Below, one piece after another: positions 17,260 to 27,054 of a stretch of 46,528 bases of DNA. A program made the position numbers and the translations under genes. The DNA is taken from the sequence record SRR20825019_238; one strand, given 5' to 3'. Numbering within the stretch: position 1 is the first letter of the stretch; every line of letters starts with the position of its first letter. The notes below the pieces were generated by a model, which was not told the DNA's origin, ran no database searches, and saw nothing but the letters and a program-made list of their open reading frames with translations.

Positions 17260-17877
17260 ATGCCAAAAAGAACCTTAAGACAACGAATTCATGCCGGTTT
17301 TGTGCTGGCTGCGGCATTTTTATTGGTTCTTGCGTCCAATCGGTTGAACAACCGGAACTTTTCGGCCGTGGAACATGGAGTGGATTCCGTTTTTGAAGAC
17401 CGATTGGTAGTTCAGGAATATATTTACAGGCTGAACAATTTGTTCCATAAAAAGGAATTGTTTTTGGCCAACAATACGTTGGACGACAAGGGCCTGCCCT
17501 ATTACCCTGAAATAAAAACCATTCTTGCCGATTTTGAAAAGACAGATTTGACCCGTGAGGAAGCGTTGCAATTATCAAGTTTAAACGAAAATTACGCGGA
17601 ACTCAAAACCTTGGAAAAGGCACATTTGAAGAACCAGGCTTCTGAAGAGGACATCATTGCTGTTTTGGGCAGTATCGGTAAAAATCTAGATGAACTTTCT
17701 GAGGTGCAACTTTCCGAAGGGAGACAATTGACACAGCGCTCCAAGAGGTCATTGGGAATGAACGAGCTATTGTCCCGAATTGAAATTGTGTTCCTCATCA
17801 TTATCGGGATATTGTTTCTTGTCATCGTTTTTTATCGTGACAAACCCAATATGGAATTGGTGGAAGACGAGGCTTAA
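17260..17877 (+). CDS. Membrane protein with MCP-type four-helix-bundle sensory domain, no cytoplasmic output domain
   Basis: TM1, SVFEDRLV and TDLTREE (4HB_MCP-like), TM2, then only a ~14-aa tail. Confidence 0.7.
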   Translation: MPKRTLRQRIHAGFVLAAAFLLVLASNRLNNRNFSAVEHGVDSVFEDRLVVQEYIYRLNNLFHKKELFLANNTLDDKGLPYYPEIKTILADFEKTDLTREEALQLSSLNENYAELKTLEKAHLKNQASEEDIIAVLGSIGKNLDELSEVQLSEGRQLTQRSKRSLGMNELLSRIEIVFLIIIGILFLVIVFYRDKPNMELVEDEA

Positions 17878-18317
17878 TCTACCTCCAATATCTCCTGTTC
17901 TGTACCATTAAAGGTAAATCGCTCCCCTTTTTCTTTTCCCAACAACAATTTGGCAATAGGGGCATTTGTGGAGATACAGTACACAACCGTATTATTTTGA
18001 TTGAAAGCCCCAGCGGAAATGGCTAAAAAATAATGTGCCATACTGGTTTGTACCAAGGAGCCCAGCCGTATTTTCTCGGAAATGCCGTCAATATTGATTT
18101 TACGGAGAATGCCGCGCGTGGTATCAACTTCCTGTAATTGTTGCCCAAGCTTTTCCTGTTCCAACTGTACCATGGCCCTACCCGTCTCATGTTTGTCCCC
18201 TGCTGAACTTTTGGTTTCGGAGCCTAAGGATTCCTGTAGCTCCTCACTCTGTTTTTTAAGGCGTTCCGAGCGTTCGTTCACATAGTTCCAACAAAATTCC
18301 AATAGTGCTTTTTTCAT
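17874..18317 (-). CDS. GreA/GreB-like transcription elongation factor homolog
   Basis: Coiled coil with KSSAGDKHETGRAM tip, IRLGSLVQT and ISTNAPIAKLLLGKEKG. Likely start at 18317 (ORF track 18332). Confidence 0.7.
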   Translation of the reverse strand: MKKALLEFCWNYVNERSERLKKQSEELQESLGSETKSSAGDKHETGRAMVQLEQEKLGQQLQEVDTTRGILRKINIDGISEKIRLGSLVQTSMAHYFLAISAGAFNQNNTVVYCISTNAPIAKLLLGKEKGERFTFNGTEQEILEVD

Positions 18318-18324
18318 AATTTGG

Positions 18325-19677
18325 TTATGCAAAGGTAAGTCGGAAAACAGTTTCCGAATCGGGAACCGAACGTACTTGGATGCTCCCCCCGTGAAGTTGC
18401 ATCACTCTTTTGGAAAGGCTTAGCCCAATTCCCGTCCCTTCACTTTTTGTGGTAAAAAACGGGACAAATATCTCGTCCATCACCTCAGGAGGAATACCGG
18501 GTCCATTATCACGAATGTCTATGAATTTGGAGCCGTTTTCATCAATTCCGGCAATCATTTGTACTTTTCCTGCGTTTGTGGACTCTACCGCTTGCAAAGC
18601 ATTTTTTCCCAAATTGATCAGTACCTGGGAGATTTGTTTCTCATCAATGTAAAATTCCAAATCCTCTGGATGGCAAACGGTGGCGAACTCACTTTCCCCA
18701 TCCACCAACCTGGCCGACATCAGTACGTCGATTTTTTCCAGAAGGTCCTTTCCCTTGACCAATGACTTGTTGGGTTCCGGTACGTGCAGTAGGCTTCTGT
18801 ACGATTGTACAAAGTCCATCAGGTCGCCTCCTTGCTCCTTGATTACTTCCAGGCCCTTTAAGGTATTTTTAATTTGAACCTCCTCCAGCTCCTTCATTGG
18901 AGTGATTTTGTCCCCTTTCCTATAATATTTTATAATGGAATCCGATATAGAGGCAATCGGGGTAATGGTGTTCATAATCTCGTGGGTCAGCACGCGAATA
19001 AGCCTTACCCAAGACTCGGTTTCTTTTTCGTCAAGCTCTTTATGGATATCTTGTACCACTACCAATTGCAAGGACTGACCGTTCAACATCAACGGAGTGG
19101 ACTTGAGCGCCAATTGAATTTGTTCCCGTTCATTGGACAATTGGAAGAGCTTGCGTTCAAAAGGATTGAAGTTTTTAAATATCTGGTAGAGGTTTTCATC
19201 AACCTGCTTTAATTGTTTAATATGGTTCAAAGGAGTGTAATCCAACAACTTTTCCAAGGTAGGGTTGGCAAACAGGATGTGGCCTTTCTCATTATAGGTC
19301 ATGATGCCAATGCTCGCCTGCTTTAAGATTTCTTGATAGTACTGTTCCCGTATCTGGAGTTGCATATGTACCTGTTGGATAAGGCCATTTACACGGTTTA
19401 AACTTTTGTTCAGCTCTTTGAAAGACTCAATGGTAACACCTTCGGGAAACCGAAGGGTGAAATCCTCGTTTTTAATGGCATCAAAAAAATAGGCGATTTT
19501 GCGGTTGGTACGGTTGATGAAGGTAATCAATGTAAATACCTGTACCACCAAAATAAGGACAAAGAGTGCCATGGCAAAATACCATTTATAGGACATGGAG
19601 AAAGCCACTCCTATGGCGGACAGCGTCAAAAAAATGACCCGAAGAATAAGTTGTATATAAAAATTTCTACTGGCCAT
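18325..19677 (-). CDS. Sensor histidine kinase with two closely spaced TMs and PAS domain (NtrY-like)
   Basis: TM-short loop-TM at the N-terminus, PAS (GHILFANP), H-box LTHEIMNTITPI, DNGPGI, FFTTK and GTGIGL. Confidence 0.92.
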   Translation of the reverse strand: MASRNFYIQLILRVIFLTLSAIGVAFSMSYKWYFAMALFVLILVVQVFTLITFINRTNRKIAYFFDAIKNEDFTLRFPEGVTIESFKELNKSLNRVNGLIQQVHMQLQIREQYYQEILKQASIGIMTYNEKGHILFANPTLEKLLDYTPLNHIKQLKQVDENLYQIFKNFNPFERKLFQLSNEREQIQLALKSTPLMLNGQSLQLVVVQDIHKELDEKETESWVRLIRVLTHEIMNTITPIASISDSIIKYYRKGDKITPMKELEEVQIKNTLKGLEVIKEQGGDLMDFVQSYRSLLHVPEPNKSLVKGKDLLEKIDVLMSARLVDGESEFATVCHPEDLEFYIDEKQISQVLINLGKNALQAVESTNAGKVQMIAGIDENGSKFIDIRDNGPGIPPEVMDEIFVPFFTTKSEGTGIGLSLSKRVMQLHGGSIQVRSVPDSETVFRLTFA

Positions 19678-19680
19678 AGA

Positions 19681-21039
19681 TCACTTTTTTTTCAACTTAT
19701 TGTAAAGGGTTTGGCGGGATATGCCCAATTGTTCTGCAGCTGCGCTATAGTTTCCTTCGTTCTGCTCCAAGGCCCTGTTGATCATCTGTTGCTCCATTTC
19801 ATTTAGGGTCATGGGCTCGCTGTCCATGGATTGCATGGGCTTGGCATGTAGCAAAAAATCCGATGGTTTAAGTACGTTGCCGTCAGATAATATTACGGCA
19901 CGTTCCATGGTATGTTGCAGCTCCCGTACATTTCCGGGCCAGGGATATTCCATCAGTTTCTCCTGGGACGCCTGATTCATTCGCAGGCCCGATTTATCAT
20001 ATTTGTGAGCAAACTTTTTCAGGAAAAAATCGGCAAGCACCAAAATGTCCCCATCGCGTTCGCGAAGTGGTGGCACCTCAATATGGATGGTGTTGATACG
20101 GTACACTAGATCTTCTCGGAAGAGTCCATCGGCGACCATTTGTTCCAAATTGCAGTTGGTCGCACATATCAATCTGATATCTACTTCTGTAGGCTTATTG
20201 GAACCTACGCGTACCACTGATTTGTTCTGGATGGAGGACAATAATTTGGCCTGCATCTGTAAGGAAAGATTTCCGATTTCATCCAAGAACAAACTACCTT
20301 GATGTGCGGCCTCAAACTTGCCCGCTCGATCTTCCTTGGCATCGGTAAAGGAGCCTTTGGTATGGCCAAAAAGCTCGCTTTCGAATAAATTCTCAGCAAT
20401 GGAGCCCATATCCACACCTATAAAAACTTCATTTTTTCTGTTGGAAAGACGGTGCAGCTCACGGGCTATCAATTCTTTTCCAGTGCCATTCTCACCCGTG
20501 ATCAGTACATTAACGTCGGTTTTCGCAACCTTGGCCACGAGGTTGAGCACAGAGGTCAGTGCTTTGGACTGGCCGATGATAAAATTACGATCCTGATTAA
20601 TGACCTGTTTTAAATTGTTCTCCTTTTTCTTGAGGTTGTGTATTTCCTGCTTCGATTTTCGAAGTTCGTAAGCAGATTTCACCGTGGTCATCAACCGCTC
20701 GTTGTTCCAAGGTTTCAGTACAAAGTCAGAAGCCCCCTGTTTTAATGCCCTTACCGCCAAATCAACGGCCCCGTAGGCGGTCATCATAATTACCGATGTG
20801 TTAGGGGACCTTTTTTTAATTTCGTTGAGCCAATACAATCCTTCATTTCCGGTGTTGACACCAGCGGAGAAGTTCATGTCCAACAATACAATGTCCATAT
20901 CCTCAAGATTTGGAAAGGAAGAAATCTGGTTGGGGTTGAAGATGGTTTGAACACTTTTATACTCAAACTGTAAAAGAATTTCCAGAGCACTCAGCACACT
21001 CTTATTATCATCGACCACTAAGATTTTGGCATCAATCAT
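19681..21039 (-). CDS. Sigma54-type response regulator (REC-AAA+-HTH) with variant GSFTDA loop
   Basis: LVVDDN, LDMNF, GENGTGKE, GSFTDA (20338-20355), FLDEIG, WPGNVREL and LGISRQTLYNK. Confidence 0.93.
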   Translation of the reverse strand: MIDAKILVVDDNKSVLSALEILLQFEYKSVQTIFNPNQISSFPNLEDMDIVLLDMNFSAGVNTGNEGLYWLNEIKKRSPNTSVIMMTAYGAVDLAVRALKQGASDFVLKPWNNERLMTTVKSAYELRKSKQEIHNLKKKENNLKQVINQDRNFIIGQSKALTSVLNLVAKVAKTDVNVLITGENGTGKELIARELHRLSNRKNEVFIGVDMGSIAENLFESELFGHTKGSFTDAKEDRAGKFEAAHQGSLFLDEIGNLSLQMQAKLLSSIQNKSVVRVGSNKPTEVDIRLICATNCNLEQMVADGLFREDLVYRINTIHIEVPPLRERDGDILVLADFFLKKFAHKYDKSGLRMNQASQEKLMEYPWPGNVRELQHTMERAVILSDGNVLKPSDFLLHAKPMQSMDSEPMTLNEMEQQMINRALEQNEGNYSAAAEQLGISRQTLYNKLKKK

Positions 21040-21101
21040 TGGATAACAGTATTCAAATGGACAGCTAAAACTAGTAATTGCTTCAATATGGTCTGCCTTA
21101 T

Positions 21102-21140
21102 TGTAAAATATTTGGACATTTTTTGTACAAAATTTTTACA
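21102..21140. promoter_or_regulatory. Tandem TGT-N11-ACA palindromes (candidate activator sites)
   Basis: TGTAAAATATTTGGACA (21102-21118) and TGTACAAAATTTTTACA (21124-21140), 22 bp apart. Confidence 0.6.
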
Positions 21141-21203
21141 CCTGCTTTATCTTGAGCGCGCTTTATTGAGTGTAACTGTCTGATAATCAATTTTAAAATA
21201 TTT

Positions 21204-21218
21204 TGGCATAAGAATAGA
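21204..21218 (+). promoter_or_regulatory. Putative non-canonical sigma54 promoter of the transporter operon
   Basis: TGGCAT-AAGAA-TAGA: good -24 element, -12 reads GA rather than GC. Preceded by an IHF-like site (21173-21185, minus TATCAGACAGTTA) and the palindrome pair. Confidence 0.45.
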
Positions 21219-21243
21219 ATACAGTTTGGCACAGTAATACACT

Positions 21244-22578
21244 ATGAATCTAAAAATAAACATAACAACCTTTTTATTATTGGCTTCGTTCCTTGGGTTT
21301 TCCCAAGAAGTATGGACGTTGGAAGAATGTGTGGCTTATGCCATCGAACACAACCTTCAGGTAAAGAATACCTCATACAACAATGAATCCAGCAAGGAAT
21401 CTTATCGGCAGTCCATACGTGACCTGTTGCCATCGGTAAGCGGCTCTACCGACTATACTATACGATATGGTAGGTCTGCCGACCCCCAGACCAACGATTA
21501 CGTGAACACGGAATTCTTTAGTAACAACTATTCGCTTAATGCCAGTTTGGACCTGTTCCGCGGTTTTCAAAAAATGAATTCGATAAGAGCATCAAAATTT
21601 ATTTATAAGGCAACCCAAGAGGACATTCTACAGGAAAAGTTCTTGTTGGCCTTTAGGGTGATGAGTGCGTTTTACGATATCAAGTTCTTTCAAGGCCTAG
21701 TGAACAATACTTTGGAACAATTGGAAATTTCGCAGGCCAATTACGATTTGGTCGAAAAACAAGTAGAATTGGGATTGATGGCAGGGGCCGATCTTTACGA
21801 AGCTGAATCCAACCTTTTGGGGGATAAGTTTCTATTGACCCAGAACCGCAACCAATTGACAAATGCCAAACTGGTGCTTTTACAAGAAATGAACCTGATT
21901 GGCGCTACGGACATTGAAATCCAAGAAACCCTTGAAGAGACCTCACCTAACCGAGATGTGACCTTGGATTCGCTGTATCGGTCGGCCCGCGGATTTGTTC
22001 CCTTGGTAAAAGCACAGGAGTATCGTGTTTCCGCGGCCAAAAAGCAAATGCAGGCCACAAGGGGAGACCTATTCCCCTCTTTATCCCTTTTTGCAGGTTA
22101 CGGAACCAGTTATTTTGAGACCAATGTGGATGAGAATGGCAATGTAATTCCATTTAAGACCCAGTTCAACGACAACCAATCCAAGTTTGTCGGTGCCCAG
22201 TTGAACATTCCGATTACCAATGGTTGGGCCAATCACTCCAGGGTAAAACAGCAAAAGATAGCCTACATGCAGGCAAAGAACAACCTTGAGATACAAGAGC
22301 AGGAACTGTTCAAACTGTTGCAACAATTAGTTCAGGACAACCGTGCACTTATTGCGGAATATGAGCAGAGCTTACAAAAGGTCGATGCACAGGAATTGGC
22401 TTTCACCATTGCTCAAAAAAGATATGAAAAGGGATTGATCAATGCATTGGAACTGTTTCAGGCCAAGAACCTTTTCGGTGTGGCACAGAACGAGAACTTA
22501 CAGGTGGGATTAAGGTTAAAAGTCAATCAAAGTACCATTGATTTTTACAGCGGTCTGCCCATATTTAACATCAACTAA
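21244..22578 (+). CDS. TolC-family outer membrane channel
   Basis: Signal peptide, WTLEECVAYAIEHN, LLPSVS / LFPSLSL repeats and RYEKGLIN. Confidence 0.93.
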   Translation: MNLKINITTFLLLASFLGFSQEVWTLEECVAYAIEHNLQVKNTSYNNESSKESYRQSIRDLLPSVSGSTDYTIRYGRSADPQTNDYVNTEFFSNNYSLNASLDLFRGFQKMNSIRASKFIYKATQEDILQEKFLLAFRVMSAFYDIKFFQGLVNNTLEQLEISQANYDLVEKQVELGLMAGADLYEAESNLLGDKFLLTQNRNQLTNAKLVLLQEMNLIGATDIEIQETLEETSPNRDVTLDSLYRSARGFVPLVKAQEYRVSAAKKQMQATRGDLFPSLSLFAGYGTSYFETNVDENGNVIPFKTQFNDNQSKFVGAQLNIPITNGWANHSRVKQQKIAYMQAKNNLEIQEQELFKLLQQLVQDNRALIAEYEQSLQKVDAQELAFTIAQKRYEKGLINALELFQAKNLFGVAQNENLQVGLRLKVNQSTIDFYSGLPIFNIN

Positions 22579-22586
22579 AATAAACC

Positions 22587-23837
22587 ATGGATATACAATT
22601 AGAGAAAAAGAAAGGACTTAAACTCAAGCATTACGGCTACATCGCTTTGGGCATATTGCTCTTGTTCGTTGGCTATAAGTTGATTTTTGCCAGCTCCATG
22701 TCCACCTTTAGGACAGAGAAGGATCGCTTGTCCATCTCCTCGGTGACCGCCGGCAAATTTGACGACTACATAACCATAAATGGAAACGTGGCACCTATCG
22801 CCACCATTTATATGGATGCCTATGAAGGAGGCCGGGTATCCGAAAAATTGATCGAGGAAGGTTCCATGGTCAAGCAAGGGGACATTATTCTTAAATTGGA
22901 GAACATGGCCCTGTACGAGCAAATTTTGGCAAGCGAAAGCAACTTGGCCCTTAAACAGAACGATCTACGTTCCACCAAACTTACTTTTGATTCCAGACAA
23001 GTGGAGGGCAGAAAATCCTTGGCCACTGCACAATACGATGTGCAACGCTTAAAACGAGCTTACGAGCAGAACAAAGAGCTATATGAAGAGGAACTGGTTT
23101 CCAAAGAAACATATCTAAAATCCAAGGAAGATTACGAATTGGCACAAAAACAATACGAAATAGTAAAGTTACAGACCGAGCAGGATGATGAATTGAGAGA
23201 AACCTCATTAAAGGGACTGGATACGGACCTAGATCGTATGCAGAAAACATTGTCCATGGTCTACGAGCGGTTGGACCACTTGAACGTTCGAGCCCCGGCC
23301 GATGGCCAATTGGGCTTTTTGGATGCCGAGATAGGCCAGAACATTTCACAGGGACAGCGTATCGGCCAGATCAATGTACTGACCGATTTTAAAATCGAAG
23401 CGGATATCGATGAGCATTATATTGACCGTGTAAAGAGAGACCTTTCCGCTTCTTTGGAGCGAAATGGAAACGAGTACAAACTGCGCTTGCGCAAGGTTTA
23501 CCCCGAAGTACGGAACGGCAGGTTTAGGGTCGATTTGGTTTTTGTGGACGAAAAACCCGAAACCATAAGAGCAGGTCAGAGCTACAACATACGATTGCAA
23601 CTGGGCGAATCCAACGATGCCATGTTGCTTCCCAAAGGAGGTTTTTTCCAAAGCACGGGAGGACAATGGGTGTTCGTGGTAAGTCCCGATGGCAATGAAG
23701 CCATTAAGCGCAATGTGCGATTGGGCAAACAAAACTCAAGATATTATGAGGTCCTTGAGGGGCTTCAGCCTGGAGAACAGGTCATTACCAGTAACTACGA
23801 TAGTTTTGGCGATGCGGAACGGATTGTATTGAAATAA
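22587..23837 (+). CDS. Periplasmic adaptor (membrane fusion protein, MacA/HlyD family)
   Basis: N-terminal TM, GGRVSEKLIEEGSMVKQGD lipoyl half, long coiled coil, VRAPADG and EVLEGLQPGEQVI. Confidence 0.93.
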   Translation: MDIQLEKKKGLKLKHYGYIALGILLLFVGYKLIFASSMSTFRTEKDRLSISSVTAGKFDDYITINGNVAPIATIYMDAYEGGRVSEKLIEEGSMVKQGDIILKLENMALYEQILASESNLALKQNDLRSTKLTFDSRQVEGRKSLATAQYDVQRLKRAYEQNKELYEEELVSKETYLKSKEDYELAQKQYEIVKLQTEQDDELRETSLKGLDTDLDRMQKTLSMVYERLDHLNVRAPADGQLGFLDAEIGQNISQGQRIGQINVLTDFKIEADIDEHYIDRVKRDLSASLERNGNEYKLRLRKVYPEVRNGRFRVDLVFVDEKPETIRAGQSYNIRLQLGESNDAMLLPKGGFFQSTGGQWVFVVSPDGNEAIKRNVRLGKQNSRYYEVLEGLQPGEQVITSNYDSFGDAERIVLK

Positions 23838-23902
23838 TCCGCAGAAATGTAACAATGATCAAAAATGAACAGTCTTTAACAAGCAATCAAACAACCATTA
23901 CA

Positions 23903-24598
23903 ATGATAAAAATTACAGATCTTAAAAAAAGTTTCCGAACAGAAGAAGTGGAAACCTTGGCCCTAAATGGCGTAAACCTTAAGGTTGAAGAAGGGGAATT
24001 TGTGGCGATCATGGGCCCCTCCGGATGTGGAAAGTCAACCTTGTTGAACATTATAGGGATGTTGGACAACCCTACGCAGGGAAGCTACAACTTCGCAGGG
24101 CACGAAGTCGGCGGATTAAAGGAAAGTCAACGGACCCAATTGCGAAAGGGGAATCTGGGCTTTGTGTTCCAAAGCTTTAACCTGATCGATGAGCTCACCG
24201 TTTTTGAAAACGTGGAACTGCCATTGATCTACCTTAAGATGAACAAGGCCGAGCGCAAAGAAAAAGTGCAGAAGGTACTGGAACGCATGAAAATCGCACA
24301 CCGAGAAAAGCACTTTCCCCAACAACTTTCCGGGGGTCAACAGCAAAGGGTTGCCATCGCAAGAGCCGTGGTCACCAATCCAAAACTGATCTTGGCGGAT
24401 GAGCCGACCGGTAACTTGGATTCCAAAAACGGTATAGAGGTAATGAACCTGTTGACCGAGCTGAACCAAGAGGGGACCACCATTGTTATGGTAACACACT
24501 CCGATAGGGATTCGCATTATGCGCACAGGGTAATCAATTTATTCGACGGTCAAATCGTGACCGAAAGTCAGAACAAACCATTAAAGGCCATGATATAG
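23903..24598 (+). CDS. ABC transporter ATP-binding protein 1 (LolD/MacB-type)
   Basis: GPSGCGKS, LSGGQQQRVAIARA, LADEPTGNLD and VTH. Likely start 23903 (ORF track 23855). Confidence 0.95.
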   Translation: MIKITDLKKSFRTEEVETLALNGVNLKVEEGEFVAIMGPSGCGKSTLLNIIGMLDNPTQGSYNFAGHEVGGLKESQRTQLRKGNLGFVFQSFNLIDELTVFENVELPLIYLKMNKAERKEKVQKVLERMKIAHREKHFPQQLSGGQQQRVAIARAVVTNPKLILADEPTGNLDSKNGIEVMNLLTELNQEGTTIVMVTHSDRDSHYAHRVINLFDGQIVTESQNKPLKAMI

Positions 24599-24610
24599 GA
24601 GTTTATGTCA

Positions 24611-24634
24611 TCAATCAAAAAAACGATCAAATCA
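24611..24634 (+). repeat. Permease-junction motif, copy 1
   Basis: TCAATCAAAAAAACGATCAAATCA. Confidence 0.7.
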
Positions 24635-24639
24635 TTCAC

Positions 24640-27021
24640 ATGTTCAGGAACAATCTAAAGGTAGCGTGGAGAAATCTCAAGTCTAATAGACTTTTTTCAA
24701 TAATAAATATAGTGGGACTTTCTATAGGCCTCACTATTGTGATGTTGCTTTTTCTGTTCATTTCCTACGAAAGGAGCTTTGACTCCATGTTTCCAAAGAA
24801 AGACAGGATCCAACGGGTTTTATTAAAAACCAATGGAGATTTTGGTTTTGAGACCTGGGCCACAGTACCTCCGGTAACGGCCTTGGCCATGAAAGAAGAG
24901 GTGACGAATGTGGAAAGTGCCGCAAGGTTGTTGAAACATAATTTTGGCGACCCCGCCTCATTGCGCATTAATAATCAAAACTTTACCGAAAACCTTTTTT
25001 ATTGGGTAGATAAGGAGCTGCTTACCATTTTTGATATTGAAATGGTTAAAGGAAGTTCTACCGGCGCCTTGGACAGACCCGGTACGGTAATTCTTTCCGA
25101 AAAAGCCGCCCAAACCTATTTTGGCGACCAAAATCCGATCGGACAAACCATAGTGGTCGATAACAATCGTGAGCTTGAGGTAACAGGAATATACAAGGAT
25201 TTCCCTGAAAACAGTACCCTTGATGCGGACATTATGGCGTCGAGCAACGGATATTGGTTCTACGACAGAAAATCTTGGAGCAATGCCAGTTTTGAGACTT
25301 ATTGTTTATTAAAGAAGAATGTTTCCGTAGAGGCCACTCAGGCACAAATTGACCAAATGCTGAAGGCAAATATTGAAAAAGAGGGCCAATGGTACACGTT
25401 TGGTCTACAACCTTTGGAAAAGGTACACTTATATTCGGCATCTTTTGCTAGCGGTTATGCTTCTCATATTGGGGACATCAACGAGGTTCGCAACCTTACC
25501 TATTTAGCCATTTTGATTCTTTTGATTGCTTGTATCAACTACATGAACCTTACTACGGCCCGTTCCCAAAAGCGTTCCAAGGAAGTGGGAATAAGCAAAA
25601 CCCTGGGAGCCTCTTCAAAATCCTTAGTGTGGAGATTTTATCTGGAAGCAGGACTCATCACGGCAATTTCCATTGTGCTGGGCATTATACTGACTATGTT
25701 GTTATTGCCCAGTTTTAATGCCTTAACAAACCAAAGTTTGACCATGGGTCTGCTGTTGACACCAGCTTTTGCATCCGCAACTTTAGGTGTATGGGGTATT
25801 ACGACGCTAGTATCTGGCCTATACCCATCGCTTTACCTATCCAAGTTTTTGCCAAAAGAAATTCTATCACCTTCCTTAAATCGTGGAAAAGGGAATTTGG
25901 TGATCAGAAAAGGTCTTGTGGTAATGCAATTTGCCGCTTCGGCAGCATTGATAGTTGGGGTTATGGTCATCTATCAACAAACAAAATATATCCAGAACAA
26001 GAACTTGGGTTTTGTTGCGGACAATGTGATGGCTATTTCTATTGGAGGATTGAGCGGGGAAGAAAACCGTAATGCTCTGGAGCAAGAGTTTAAAAAACTG
26101 TCAGAAGTAACTGCTGTATCCATGGTACAGGGGTATCCCGGAATGGATGTGAGCGGGCGAACACTTCGAAAAAAAGGCACGGACAATAAAGGGCTCAATA
26201 TCCAGACCAACGTGACCGATGCAGGTATTGTTAACGCACTCAAACTACAGCTTTTGGCAGGAGAAAGTTTGCCCGAATTCAAAAGTGAAACAGATACTTT
26301 GGTTGAAGTGGTCCTGAATAAAAAAGCGGTTGATTTTTTGGGGTATTCCCCGGAAGAGGCCATTGGAAAGAAAGTCTTTATCGGGGTTCCACAGACCATA
26401 GTGGGAGTGGTGGATGACTTTAATTATGAATCGTTGCACCAACCTATTGGAGCCTATGCATTTCACAATAATTCAGGAGAAGGCAAATCTTATATGCTTG
26501 TGCGGTTTAAGTCTGGCAATTTGGCCAACACTGTGGAGGAACTTAAAAGAACCTTTACCAAAGTCGTCACTAATCTGGATTTCAATTATTCCTTTTTGGA
26601 TCAAAATATTGCAAGATTGTACGCCAAGGAAAAACGAACAGGACAGATTAGTGTTGTGTTCTGTATGTTGGCCATTTTTGTGGCCGCATTGGGTCTTTTT
26701 GGCTTGGCAGCTTATACGGCGGAACAGCGAAGAAAGGAAATTGGCATACGAAAGGTATTGGGTGCATCTGTGGCCAAAATAAGCCAAATGCTATCTGCTG
26801 ATTTTACAAAGCTAGTGCTGGTAGGTCTAATCATAGGATTTCCGTTGGCCTATTTTTCCATGGAGAATTGGCTGGAAGGTTTTGCATATCGAATCAAAAT
26901 TCAATGGTGGGTGTTTGCTTTGTCTGGATGTATTGCTTTGGGTATAGCGCTTGTAACGGTCAGCTTTCAGTCTATAAGGGCAGCGTTGGCCAACCCGACC
27001 AAAAGTCTGAAAGCAGAATAA
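24640..27021 (+). CDS. Type VII ABC permease 1 (duplicated MacB periplasmic + FtsX domains)
   Basis: MFRNNLKVAWR start, INYMNL..ARS..R.KEVGI, EQRRKEIGIRKVLGA and NPTKSLKAE end. Confidence 0.93.
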   Translation: MFRNNLKVAWRNLKSNRLFSIINIVGLSIGLTIVMLLFLFISYERSFDSMFPKKDRIQRVLLKTNGDFGFETWATVPPVTALAMKEEVTNVESAARLLKHNFGDPASLRINNQNFTENLFYWVDKELLTIFDIEMVKGSSTGALDRPGTVILSEKAAQTYFGDQNPIGQTIVVDNNRELEVTGIYKDFPENSTLDADIMASSNGYWFYDRKSWSNASFETYCLLKKNVSVEATQAQIDQMLKANIEKEGQWYTFGLQPLEKVHLYSASFASGYASHIGDINEVRNLTYLAILILLIACINYMNLTTARSQKRSKEVGISKTLGASSKSLVWRFYLEAGLITAISIVLGIILTMLLLPSFNALTNQSLTMGLLLTPAFASATLGVWGITTLVSGLYPSLYLSKFLPKEILSPSLNRGKGNLVIRKGLVVMQFAASAALIVGVMVIYQQTKYIQNKNLGFVADNVMAISIGGLSGEENRNALEQEFKKLSEVTAVSMVQGYPGMDVSGRTLRKKGTDNKGLNIQTNVTDAGIVNALKLQLLAGESLPEFKSETDTLVEVVLNKKAVDFLGYSPEEAIGKKVFIGVPQTIVGVVDDFNYESLHQPIGAYAFHNNSGEGKSYMLVRFKSGNLANTVEELKRTFTKVVTNLDFNYSFLDQNIARLYAKEKRTGQISVVFCMLAIFVAALGLFGLAAYTAEQRRKEIGIRKVLGASVAKISQMLSADFTKLVLVGLIIGFPLAYFSMENWLEGFAYRIKIQWWVFALSGCIALGIALVTVSFQSIRAALANPTKSLKAE

Positions 27022-27026
27022 AAAAA

Positions 27027-27049
27027 TCAATCAAAAAACGATCAAATCA
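27027..27049 (+). repeat. Permease-junction motif, copy 2
   Basis: TCAATCAAAAAACGATCAAATCA, one A shorter than copy 1. Confidence 0.7.
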
Positions 27050-27054
27050 ATAGT

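Noticed and set aside
21227-21241. Second TGGCAC as the sigma54 promoter of tolC
   Set aside because: No -12 element, and the implied TSS would fall inside the coding sequence.
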